64,000 nt of DNA from an uncultured archaeon (GTDB lineage: Archaea; Aenigmatarchaeota; Aenigmatarchaeia; PWEA01; JAGHBM01): NCBI GenBank assembly GCA_964584335.1, contig CAZOZN010000002.1, positions 200,025 through 264,024 of the forward strand. The letters run 5' to 3'. Below are positions 48,984-59,000 of the stretch, one piece after another (the first letter of the stretch is position 1; each line of letters opens with the position of its first letter). The notes beneath the pieces are model-generated. The model saw only the letters and a list, made by a program, of their open reading frames with translations. It made no database searches and was not told the DNA's origin. The position numbers and the translations under genes were made by a program.

Positions 48984-49964
48984 ATGGATTCGAAAACATT
49001 AAGAAAGCACAGTCAAAAACTTCTAAAACTTAAACAGGAAATACAGAAAGGAATAATAGGACAGGAGTATGTAATAGATTCCGTAATAAAATGTTTGATG
49101 TGTAATGGTCATGTTCTTTTGGAAGGAGTTCCAGGCTTGGCAAAGACCTTACTTGTAATGCTTTTGGCGAGGTCTGTTTCTGATAGTGTTTTCAAGAGAA
49201 TACAATTCACCCCTGATTTGTTGCCTTCTGATATAACAGGCACGACCATGTATATAGAGAGAGAAGGCACGTTCAAGGCACAGAAAGGTCCAATTTTTGC
49301 AAACTTCGTTCTTGCCGACGAAATAAACCGTACAACACCAAAAGTACAGAGCTCAATGCTTCAGGCAATGCAGGAGAGGGAAGTTACCATAGGCAAGGAG
49401 ACTTTTTCTCTTCCTAAGCCGTTTATAGTTCTTGCTACCGAGAACCCTCTCGAACAGGCAGGTACTTATCCATTAGCTGTTGCTCAAACAGACAGGTTCC
49501 TTTTTAAGATTTTTGTTGATTATCCCAAGGAAGATGAGGAAATTAAAATTATAGATATAAATTCAGTTGTTAAAGGCATGAAAGATTACAAGACCAAGCC
49601 AGTAGTTACACCTAAAGATATTCAAAAAGTACAAGAAATAGTAAGGAAAATTAAAATAAGCGACAGTGTTAAGGATTACATACTTAATATAGTCGAATCT
49701 ACAAGAGTTCCTGAGAAATATGGTCTCGAGTTTCACAAGTTTATAGATTATGGTGGAAGTCCTAGAGCTTCTATTTATCTTGCTCTTTCAGGTAAGGCAA
49801 GTGCTCTCATGAACGGAAGGGATTATGTAATACCAGATGATATAAGGGAAGTGGCACCAAACGTACTCAGACATAGAATAATAATGAACTATGAAGGCAA
49901 GGCAAGAAACATTTCTACTGACGATATAATAAAAGAGATTATAGATACTGTTCCGGTGGTTTAG
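48984..49964 (+). CDS. MoxR-family AAA+ ATPase (copy 1)
   Basis: Walker A GVPGLAKT. Walker B/sensor region VLADEINRTTPKVQSSMLQAMQEREVTIG. Size of 326 aa is typical of MoxR/MRP. Confidence 0.9.
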   Translation: MDSKTLRKHSQKLLKLKQEIQKGIIGQEYVIDSVIKCLMCNGHVLLEGVPGLAKTLLVMLLARSVSDSVFKRIQFTPDLLPSDITGTTMYIEREGTFKAQKGPIFANFVLADEINRTTPKVQSSMLQAMQEREVTIGKETFSLPKPFIVLATENPLEQAGTYPLAVAQTDRFLFKIFVDYPKEDEEIKIIDINSVVKGMKDYKTKPVVTPKDIQKVQEIVRKIKISDSVKDYILNIVESTRVPEKYGLEFHKFIDYGGSPRASIYLALSGKASALMNGRDYVIPDDIREVAPNVLRHRIIMNYEGKARNISTDDIIKEIIDTVPVV

Positions 49965-50954
49965 ATGGTTGAAGGAAATATAGAAAAGAAAATAGATTTT
50001 TATAGTGATAAGATTTCCAAAATAGAAGATGAGATACACAAGTGTGTTTACGGACAGCAAGATACGGTCTCTTCGATTATAAAATGCTTGATATGTAATG
50101 GTCATGTTCTTATAGAGGGGGTTCCCGGAATAGCTAAAACTTTAACTGTGGTTGTTCTTTCAAATACAATAAAAGGAGCTAAATACAACAGGATACAATT
50201 CACCCCTGATTTGTTGCCTTCTGATATAGTAGGTACTCTCATATACAGAAAAGGAAGAGGGTTCGAGGTTCAGAAAGGTCCTGTTTTTGGAAATATTATA
50301 GCTGCTGATGAGATAAACAGAGCCCCTTCCAAAGTACAGAGCGCTATGCTTCAGGCAATGCAGGAGAGGGAAGTTACCATAGGCAAGGAAACATATCCTC
50401 TTCCAAAACCCTTCATGGTTCTGGCCACGCAAAATCCACTGGAGACCAAGGGGGTTTATCCCTTACCCGAGGCTCAGATAGACAGATTTTTGTTTAAGAT
50501 ACAAGTTGATTACCCCAAAAGGGAACATGAAAAGAAGGTTATTGATATAAACGCTGAAGTAAAAAACATGGAAGATTATAAAATAAAAAAAGTGCTTTCT
50601 ATTAAAGATATAGTAGAGATGCAAAAGTTAGTACCCAGAATAAAATGCTCCGAAGAAATAAAGAAATACATAGTAAAGCTGGTTAATGCTACGAGGTATC
50701 CGGATAAATATGGAATAGAGTTCGGCAGGTATATAAAGTGGGGTGCATCACCCAGAGCTACTATATATCTTAGCTTGGCAGGCAAGGCAAATGCCTTGAT
50801 GAAAGGAAGAAGTTATGTTACCCCGGATGATATAAGGGATATAGCACATCACGTTCTTAGGCACAGAATGATTTTAAATTACGAAGGAAAAGCTGAAAAG
50901 ATAAAAACTGAAGATTTGGTCGATGAGGTTATAAATAGTGTTCCAGTGATTTGA
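49965..50954 (+). CDS. MoxR-family AAA+ ATPase (copy 2, tandem paralog)
   Basis: GVPGIAKT and IAADEINRAPSKVQSAMLQAMQEREVTIG are present. Several blocks are nucleotide-identical to copy 1 (e.g. TACAATTCACCCCTGATTTGTTGCCTTCTGATATA). The start codon abuts the copy-1 stop. Confidence 0.9.
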   Translation: MVEGNIEKKIDFYSDKISKIEDEIHKCVYGQQDTVSSIIKCLICNGHVLIEGVPGIAKTLTVVVLSNTIKGAKYNRIQFTPDLLPSDIVGTLIYRKGRGFEVQKGPVFGNIIAADEINRAPSKVQSAMLQAMQEREVTIGKETYPLPKPFMVLATQNPLETKGVYPLPEAQIDRFLFKIQVDYPKREHEKKVIDINAEVKNMEDYKIKKVLSIKDIVEMQKLVPRIKCSEEIKKYIVKLVNATRYPDKYGIEFGRYIKWGASPRATIYLSLAGKANALMKGRSYVTPDDIRDIAHHVLRHRMILNYEGKAEKIKTEDLVDEVINSVPVI

Positions 50955-51910
50955 TGAGGGAAGAATCAAAAAATAAAAAAATAAGTGATGCAATAGGTGA
51001 ACTTAAGAAAGGGGAGCCAGATGACTCTAAGCTATTTGACATGAAAGAAATGATGTATGAGATAGATTCCAAAGTTAAAAGATTAAGCGACATTTTTTCT
51101 TTTCTCTTAACATACCAGATGCTTTTTAGAGGAACGGGACTTGAGTTTGCTCAGTTAAAGGAATATATACCGGGTGAGGACGATGCAACCAAGATAGACT
51201 GGAAATCCAGTCTCAGGACCGGTAAAATTTTCATAAAACAATACGAGGAGGAAAGGGACTTGGATATAGTTGTTCTTCTTGATGTTTCTTCTTCCATGAA
51301 TTTCGGAACTCAAAAAAGAATAAAGAGAGAATATGCCGGAATAATAGCAGGCGCGATAATAAGTGCAGGTATACAAATAGGCGATAATGTTGGTTTTTGT
51401 ATATATTCTGATGAAGTGATAAAATTTCTTGAACCTTCCAATGACGAATCACAGTATTACAGAAGTCTGGAGCTTATAATTGACAAAAAAAACTATGGAG
51501 GCAAGGCGGACCTGGATAAGGCACTTAGATTTGTATTGAATAACGTAAAAGAGAGTACAATACTTTTTCTCGTATCTGATTTCATATCTACCGGAAAAGA
51601 ATGGGAAGACAGCATAAAAATGGTTTCAAACAAGCTTAATGATGTAATGGGATTTATGGTTAGAGATTTAAGGGACGAGTTTCTTCCAGAAGGTTCTGGC
51701 AACTTCAGGTTTAAAGACCCACATACCGAGAAGACTATAATAGTAAATCTTGATAAAGCAAAAAAGAAATACGAAGAAATGGCCAAAGAACAGTCCGATT
51801 ATGTTAAAAAAATATTTAGGAGCAGTAATACGGGTTTTGTAAAGGTTTTTACTCATGAGCCATTCGTAAAGGCATTGGTGAAGGAACTGACACTAAGAAG
51901 AGTTTTATAG
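50951..51910 (+). CDS. DUF58 (vWA-like) protein, MoxR partner
   Basis: LEFAQLKEYIPGEDDATKIDWKSSLRTGKIFIKQYEEERD is the DUF58 signature. It is followed by a VLLDVSSSM MIDAS-like motif. It overlaps the MoxR-2 stop by 4 nt. Confidence 0.8.
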   Translation: MMREESKNKKISDAIGELKKGEPDDSKLFDMKEMMYEIDSKVKRLSDIFSFLLTYQMLFRGTGLEFAQLKEYIPGEDDATKIDWKSSLRTGKIFIKQYEEERDLDIVVLLDVSSSMNFGTQKRIKREYAGIIAGAIISAGIQIGDNVGFCIYSDEVIKFLEPSNDESQYYRSLELIIDKKNYGGKADLDKALRFVLNNVKESTILFLVSDFISTGKEWEDSIKMVSNKLNDVMGFMVRDLRDEFLPEGSGNFRFKDPHTEKTIIVNLDKAKKKYEEMAKEQSDYVKKIFRSSNTGFVKVFTHEPFVKALVKELTLRRVL

Positions 51911-51977
51911 CTTTAATTTCTCTTTTTATATACTTTAGATTAAGCTGATTTTTATATAAACTCTACTTAATAAGATT

Positions 51978-52940
51978 ATGAAAATTTTGAAACTGTTTTT
52001 TGTAATTTTTATTCTTTTAGTGACCTTAACAGAGGTAAATGCATCTGTAATAAATACACGAAACGGGGAAGATGATTTTCTAATAAGTCTTGATTTTAAA
52101 GGCTTAAATCCCATGGAAAATGAGCCAATTGTTTTTCTTTGCAGAGAAATTTGTATCAGTACTGATGTAAAATCTGTAAGCTTTAACGAAAACGGAGAAA
52201 TTGATATTTTTATAAAACCAGAATACACCGGTAACTATACTTTAAAGGTCTTTTTTAATTCAAGCGAAGAATTGCTTTTATTTGAGGATGAAATAGAAAT
52301 AAGTGAAATATACAAAAGCGAAGAATTTTTAGTGGAGGAAGATTTTGGAGTTACAGGAAATATAGTCAGAAACTCCACCAATCCACTTTTTTTACTTGGT
52401 TTTTTGAGTTTGGTTATCATTCTCATGTTTTTTAAGTTAGATAATGATGTTATTTTTGAAAAAAATAAGTTTTTAAGACACTTTAAAACCAAATTAAAAC
52501 CTTTTATAGTCTTTATGCTCTCTTTCGTTGTTTTAACTGTTTTTACTCATGAGTTATTTCATATAATTACTGCAGGTATTTTTGGATGTGCGGCAAGTTT
52601 GGAATCTTTTTTGCCAATTTATTCTCCTTCTTCCGTTTCCATTAGCTCGTGCAAAATAACATCTTTCCAGAGTATAATGATATTATCTGCAGGTATAATC
52701 GGTAATATGATGGTGGGCCTGTTTCTTTTGTATTTTCCTCTTAAAAGGAATAAAAAAATTTTAAATACAGTTTCTCTGGCCTTTTTTGTTTCATCCTTCT
52801 CATATTTTTTCTACAAAACCGGCGATATTCATAACATAATAAATATAATGAATTTAAGCATCCCGCAAATTTACTTGAATATTTTCGGAGTATTGACTCT
52901 ATCCGGCTCCTTTTATCTTTTTTTAAGAAATTATAATTAG
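51978..52940 (+). CDS. Membrane protein with signal peptide, ~110-aa extracytoplasmic domain and HExxH motif inside a predicted TM helix
   Basis: N-terminus MKILKLFFVIFILLVTLTEVNA. The HExxH motif is in VLTVFTHELFHIITAGIFG. Four or five further TM helices follow. It is the last gene of the MoxR operon. Confidence 0.55.
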   Translation: MKILKLFFVIFILLVTLTEVNASVINTRNGEDDFLISLDFKGLNPMENEPIVFLCREICISTDVKSVSFNENGEIDIFIKPEYTGNYTLKVFFNSSEELLLFEDEIEISEIYKSEEFLVEEDFGVTGNIVRNSTNPLFLLGFLSLVIILMFFKLDNDVIFEKNKFLRHFKTKLKPFIVFMLSFVVLTVFTHELFHIITAGIFGCAASLESFLPIYSPSSVSISSCKITSFQSIMILSAGIIGNMMVGLFLLYFPLKRNKKILNTVSLAFFVSSFSYFFYKTGDIHNIINIMNLSIPQIYLNIFGVLTLSGSFYLFLRNYN

Positions 52941-55198
52941 AAAATAGGAACAAGTCCCATATACCATAAAAATATGTAGATTATTAGTATAATTGTAATT
53001 ATTGAAGAAATCGGATAAAGTATGCCTACATATCTTCCTCTCCTTCTCATGGTAATAAGACTTAACAAAAATACTATGAAGAACAACAATAGTAATGGTA
53101 TTAAAAGCAGTCCTCCTGGCAGTAAAGCCGAGGGAGATGAAACATTTATTTTTATTCTTGAGAAAGCATAAGCATTTTCTTTTGATTCTATTATAAGCAT
53201 TGCATTACATGTCTTTGGTCCTGTTCTTGTCCTAACCTTTAAGTTAAAATTTGCTTCTTCCTCACTATCTAGTTTTAACTCAGGAGAAGTTATGTTGACT
53301 ATGCAGTTTTCTATGTTTTCTAGTTTTGCACTTATTTTAGTAAGTGGCTTAACTCCTACATTTTTTATCATTATTGGTATTTCTCCTACAGAATCTGATT
53401 CAAGTGTTATTTCTCCCGGGCTTTCCAGTATTTTTATCTTTGCAAGAAATTCTCCGGGCAAAACTTCAAACCAAAAATAGGCAAGATCTAAGACGTTACC
53501 GCTACTATCTAAAGCCTGTACAGGAATTGCATAAGTCGAGGGCTCCACTTTATATGTAGGTGTTATAAATAAAGTTCTGTTTAGTTTTTCTCCAGAATCA
53601 ATTGTGTCTATTTGTGCACTTTCAAATCCCCACTCCTCACCTACTATAGGCTCTAATGTTATATCTGAAGCGGTACTTGAACCAAGATTTTCTATTTCAA
53701 ATAATACGGGTGTTGTTTGTTCCTGCATTCCGCTAATTTCAGGTTCCACCGGATATATGTTTATTTCTATAGGACCGGGCAATGGTGTTGGCAGGGGTTC
53801 AGGAGTGGGGCTCGGAGAGGGGCTGGGTTCCGGTTTAGGTTCCGTCTCGGGTGAAGGTTGCTCTTCTTCGCCCCCGAACTCCTTGACTACTTCAAAATCT
53901 TCAACTATTTCCATGCTTCCGTTGCATTGTATCTTATCGTAACAAGCAATCTTGTTAATAGTATAATTAACTTCACATTGGGAAACCACGTACCTGTCTA
54001 CACAACTTGTAAAAGTCTCGGAGAAGGTGACATTCCTTCCGTTCGGGTCCATTGAGGTTATAGTCATATTGCCTAGTTCGTTTTTTATTATATTTCCCTC
54101 AAACCAGTCTGTGGAATATGAACACTCATCTTCTGTTAAGTTCGTGTCGTCACTAATGCATGCATAACAATATTCACTGCAGTCCTCCATATTAAACGTG
54201 TAAGCGTTGTATATTGTGTTTGATATGTTTGCTGTGCCTGCATATGTTGTTGTGTTTGGCGTCTGGTTTTCTAATGTAAGTGAAGAGGAAGAAGTAGTGT
54301 TAAATTGGTACTCTTTTGCATATGCGTTGAAGCATCTGTGGCTAAAATGGTTGTAGCATGTGGTTTCGTTTTCACCGTCAAAGTCGATATCTTCCGGTTT
54401 AGTACAGTTGGCAGTTTGGTTGTAATCCGGCCAGTCGTAAAATGTTTCGCTCATTCCGCTTGGTGTCCTTCCTACGAACCTTGTTATACCGTGCCAATAA
54501 TATACTCCCAGAGCGGTACTGTTATATGTCTTCCACAAGCCGTAATGAAGATCATCTTCCCAAGGTTCCAGCTCTGTTGTTTGGTCAAGATAAGGCCCCC
54601 AGATAAGGGTCCCGTCGTTATATTCTATGTACATACTGCTCGTTTCGTTAACATCCATGTTTCCTATATTTTCGTTTATTTGCATAAAGAAAACAGTCTG
54701 CTCTCTTGTAACCTCTTCAGGTACAAAATAGAAGCTGAATCCCACACCGCAATCAGGAGAAACCTCGACGCTTATTATAACTTCATCAGATTCTGTTTTT
54801 GTTATTCCGAAAGTATATCTGTCTGATTTTGTGTAGTTACCGCTCGACTCGTTAACAAATATGTTATAATAGTATATGTCTGTGTAGTTGTTCAATTTGT
54901 ATGCTATTGTAAAGGTACCCCCATACCTGTAAGGGTCTGAAGTGTTAGACATTTCAAAAGTTTCTACTACTTCAGTACTTCCGTTCATGTAAGTTATGTT
55001 TGCTAATACAGTGTCTATGTAACACCCCGGGTTTGTAATGTTTTCTCTCGTTACTTCAGTTAATATTGTCACATTTTCGTTGTATTCTAAAACACTTGGA
55101 AAATCCTGAACATAATCTATCGTCGGCGTTGCATATACAACATTAAAACTGAGAACAAATATCAAAATTATTAATTCCTTCGGGGGTGCTCTTTTCAT
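52937..55198 (-). CDS. Secreted cell-surface protein with Pro/Thr/Ser/Glu-rich linker and C-terminal membrane anchor
   Basis: Signal peptide MKRAPPKELIILIFVLSFNVVYA. Many N-x-S/T sequons. Linker PSPETEPKPEPSPSPSPTPEPLPTPLPGP. C-terminus LLPGGLLLIPLLLLFFIVFLLSLITMRRRGRY plus a second hydrophobic segment. Confidence 0.7.
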   Translation of the reverse strand: MKRAPPKELIILIFVLSFNVVYATPTIDYVQDFPSVLEYNENVTILTEVTRENITNPGCYIDTVLANITYMNGSTEVVETFEMSNTSDPYRYGGTFTIAYKLNNYTDIYYYNIFVNESSGNYTKSDRYTFGITKTESDEVIISVEVSPDCGVGFSFYFVPEEVTREQTVFFMQINENIGNMDVNETSSMYIEYNDGTLIWGPYLDQTTELEPWEDDLHYGLWKTYNSTALGVYYWHGITRFVGRTPSGMSETFYDWPDYNQTANCTKPEDIDFDGENETTCYNHFSHRCFNAYAKEYQFNTTSSSSLTLENQTPNTTTYAGTANISNTIYNAYTFNMEDCSEYCYACISDDTNLTEDECSYSTDWFEGNIIKNELGNMTITSMDPNGRNVTFSETFTSCVDRYVVSQCEVNYTINKIACYDKIQCNGSMEIVEDFEVVKEFGGEEEQPSPETEPKPEPSPSPSPTPEPLPTPLPGPIEINIYPVEPEISGMQEQTTPVLFEIENLGSSTASDITLEPIVGEEWGFESAQIDTIDSGEKLNRTLFITPTYKVEPSTYAIPVQALDSSGNVLDLAYFWFEVLPGEFLAKIKILESPGEITLESDSVGEIPIMIKNVGVKPLTKISAKLENIENCIVNITSPELKLDSEEEANFNLKVRTRTGPKTCNAMLIIESKENAYAFSRIKINVSSPSALLPGGLLLIPLLLLFFIVFLLSLITMRRRGRYVGILYPISSIITIILIIYIFLWYMGLVPIF

Positions 55199-55199
55199 A

Positions 55200-55970
55200 C
55201 TATCTCCTTTTTCTGTATAAAATATAAATTATCAGACTGACAATTGCTAAAATTATTATGTAGTATAAAATACCGGATTCGTCTTCTTCTCCTCCCAAAG
55301 AAAAAAATCCTGTGGGAAGTTCTCTTCTTTCTTCGATATTACTTTCTTCTTCATCATTTTCTTTTACTTCTATATTCCAACTATTCCCAGTATCATTAGA
55401 TTCGTAACTTTCTCTTTGAACTTCCTGATAAAACTCTTCCAATGTTTCCTCGTACTCTTCCTCGGTCCTTGCATTTATGTTGCCGGGAACTGTTATTGCG
55501 AAACTGTATTCGTGAACGGATTTCATCCTCTCTTTTGTTCCTCCGAAGTTGGTGTCTTCAGATGAAGCTGTCGCTACTATTTTTATTTTATGGAAATTTT
55601 TTGTTATCTCGCTTATGTTATCCGGCACTTTTATTATGACTTGAACAGGAACACATTTTGCATAATTTTCTCCAAGAACTACCCATTCTTCTTCACCCAT
55701 GGGATTTACGACTTTTTTATCGCTCTCTAACAAGAAATATCTTGGATTTATGCTAGTAATTATTTCGTCGCTCCCTGAGTTTTTCAAGTCGACAACCAAT
55801 GGAGTTTTTCCATAGTTAAAGAATGATAATTTTACCTTTTTAATATCACCAGGGACCATTGTAAACCTTTGGTTATGTCCCACAGAACCAAAACTGAGCT
55901 GGTCTGCGTAAGATGTTTTTGTCAATAAAAGGAATATTATTAAAAAATATACCAGATGCTTTTTTTTCAT
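55200..55970 (-). CDS. Secreted protein with acidic stalk and C-terminal TM anchor plus basic tail
   Basis: Signal peptide MKKKHLVYFLIIFLLLTKTSYA. C-terminus ...ELPTGFFSLGGEEDESGILYYIIILAIVSLIIYILYRKRR. Its stop is 1 nt from the next gene's start. Confidence 0.6.
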   Translation of the reverse strand: MKKKHLVYFLIIFLLLTKTSYADQLSFGSVGHNQRFTMVPGDIKKVKLSFFNYGKTPLVVDLKNSGSDEIITSINPRYFLLESDKKVVNPMGEEEWVVLGENYAKCVPVQVIIKVPDNISEITKNFHKIKIVATASSEDTNFGGTKERMKSVHEYSFAITVPGNINARTEEEYEETLEEFYQEVQRESYESNDTGNSWNIEVKENDEEESNIEERRELPTGFFSLGGEEDESGILYYIIILAIVSLIIYILYRKRR

Positions 55971-56006
55971 GATATAACCTTATTTTCTTTGAAATTTATA
56001 TTTTAA

Positions 56007-59000
56007 TTACCAAGAGGCGTTAGCCATTATTGTTATTACTCCTGAATATTCACCGAAATAAACCGGATAAGAGTCTATCCAGAAGTACATGTTGTATATT
56101 ATTCCAGACTGGGGGTTTGATTGTATTGTTTTGTACGTAGTGCTGAGGTTTTCAGATGTCGGATATCCGCTACAACCCTTACACCAGCTTATGTTTCCAA
56201 CTCCCAGATTAGAATACCCAGATGAAAGATGTGTTCCTTTTATGTAAATACCGTCACCATCATTTGAGTTTTTAGCTAATCCAATCTGATAAGGATTTCC
56301 TGGTGCTGCCAATCCTTGCTGGTTGGGGTTTTCATTTCCCCAGTCTATACTGTTAGTTGATACATTCAGCACCAGTACTTTACCTATCCTTATCAGAGAG
56401 TTGGTTGTGTCGTTAGAGGGGTTATAGAATATAACATCAATGTTGTAGTAATCATCAAGATTGCCTGTTGCATTTACTATCCATAACATGTTGCAGCTTT
56501 CATCCTGGTTTAGGTTGCATGTTTGCGGGTTTGCGTTTAAAGTGTAGAAAGGAGTCCCGCTTGCTGGGATGTTTGTGTTGGGTTCTCCCGAGGTTGAATT
56601 GTATCTTACTGCTCCTTCTATGTTACCGCAGTTGTCATCTTTACATGTTACTGTTGCATTTACAGTGAAGTTTCTGTACAAAGGAACTATTGTATTATCC
56701 GGAGGCGTGTTTAGTTTTACCACCAACCTTCCCGCATATTCTACCTGAGTTATATTGACTGTAGAATTGTCTTCATAGTTACTGGAGGAGTTGTAGTAAA
56801 GAGAATTTTGGTTGGTTATGTTACATTTTGTATAATATATTCCATTTGAATATATACTCTTGTTTACGTACCAGTTAGCCGTAGCTCTTCCTGACGGGGA
56901 TGACTCAGTAGTATTTACAAACCACTCGTGTGTGTTGTTGTATACATAGAAACTTACATTATAATCTTCTATTCCAGAGTCTGTTTCATTGTCTTTTACG
57001 TCACATTGTAGCTGTATGGTTTCTGTTTGGTTATATTTTGAACCAGAGGGTGGAGAAAACCATTCAATTTTTGAGTAACCTCTTACGAATATGTCTCTTT
57101 CATCAAAACCATTCTGGTAATTGTTCTTGTAAGTTGTTATATTTATTTTGTTTATTCCAACGCTCATGTCATTTGGAACAATCCAAGTGGAATTTTCCTG
57201 GTTTGATATTTCTCCCGGTTCGCTTTTCCATGACACGGAGTCAGGGATTATATTAATTCCATTCTCGTCTTCGGTCGTAGAGTTGAGTTTAACGGTTTCT
57301 CCTCTCCAGTATTCACTTTCATTTATCGGATATTGTATTGAAGTGTTTAAAATTCCCTGAAGTGTAATTGTACCGGAATCATCCGATATTATACTTTTCT
57401 CGTAATAAAGTGAGGGCTCATCTCCTATTTCACAATGGAGTGTCTCGTCGCCAACAGGATAACCGGAAAAATCATAATCTATGCTTGCATGGCCCGAAGA
57501 GTTTGTGTCTGATGAACCCAACTGGTCCCAAGTGGAGTTGTAGAAAACTACAGTATAATCTTCAATGGGCTGACCATTGTTGTAATCTTTTACCCTGGCT
57601 ACCAGTTTTAAACTTCCCCTATTTTTATATCCCGTGGGTGATATCCATTCAACTTCCGAGTATCCCTTAACAGTAAATTCTATGTATGGAAGGGAGTCAT
57701 TCATATTTCCAAGTGAATCGTTTGCATAGGCTTTTATAACGTGTTTTCCAACTAACCAGTCGTCTCCTATTCCTATGCTTATGTTTGTCCAGTTTTGGGT
57801 GTAGGGAGAGTCTGCACCATTCTCTATCATAGAAGATGAGGTTGAGTTGTACTCCCAGTATGCATAATCAGGCATATCATCCCATAGAGCGTAAGCCTTT
57901 ATGGCTTCATCCTTGTATACATTAGTTTCATTTATGTTATAATTGTTATTTACTATTCTGGGTGCCTGTGTATCTTCTCCAGGAACAGCCGTATAAAGAG
58001 TGTCCGATAAAACGTAGTTTTCAGAAGCGTTGTAATAACTGGGTAAATTATCAGTTATATTGCATGTTATTAATTCATTCCCGCTGCTCTGGTCTGTATA
58101 ATTCCAGTAAGCCCAGCCATCACTTCCCGTTGTGTTTGTTCCTAGTTCGTGTGTTTGGTTGTAGAATTTCACTGGATAGTCTTCTATTGATTCCGAAGAA
58201 TTAGAATCCTCCACTTTACATCCTATTATACTTGAGTTACCCACGTAAATTGTATCAGGGTTGAGTTCTATTTCTGTAACAGAAGCCCATCCCCAAGCTT
58301 CAAAATCGAGAATGCCAGTCACGTTGTAGTTTCCGAAAAAGTCCTCCCCGAAAATTCTCCATTGAACCGAACCGAGCTCGGAATCAGCGGGATAACTAAA
58401 GCTGAAGTTGGACCATGACTCGTTTCCTGACATTGATAGGGGGCTGTGCAGGCTCGAGTTAAGAAATACACCTGTATCATTTGATTCCAATACAGCCTGA
58501 GACAGCCGGTAGTTATCGGTCCAGTAAGCAGAAATCTTAAGGCTTTCTCCCTTGTGAACCACTTCCTTGCTGCTTTCGGTGCTGTACCACTTCGGCTTTT
58601 CATTTTCTCTTGTTGTCAGCTCCAGGGTTCTTTGATAGCTTGTTTCAGAGGCGTTATAATAACTTGAAGGCTTGTCAGTTATGTTGCATGTTATTGTTTC
58701 CGTACCGAGTGAGTTGTCTGTCCAAGTAAAGTTAGACCATCCTGTTTGGTTGGTTTTGCCTACATACATGAGGTCCGTGGAATTGTAGAAGCTTATGTTG
58801 TAATCTTCCAAATAATAATTTTCGTCATCCCTTACTCTGCAGTAGAAAGTTACCTGCTCTCCTTGGTTTATTGTTTTGGATGACGGGCTTGAATCTGTAA
58901 CAGAAGCTATTCCGTAAACTTCAAATTCCATGTAAGTTAGGGTTCCATTTATATTGTCATTCAAATCATAACCGTAAATCTTTGCGACATGTTTTCCAGT

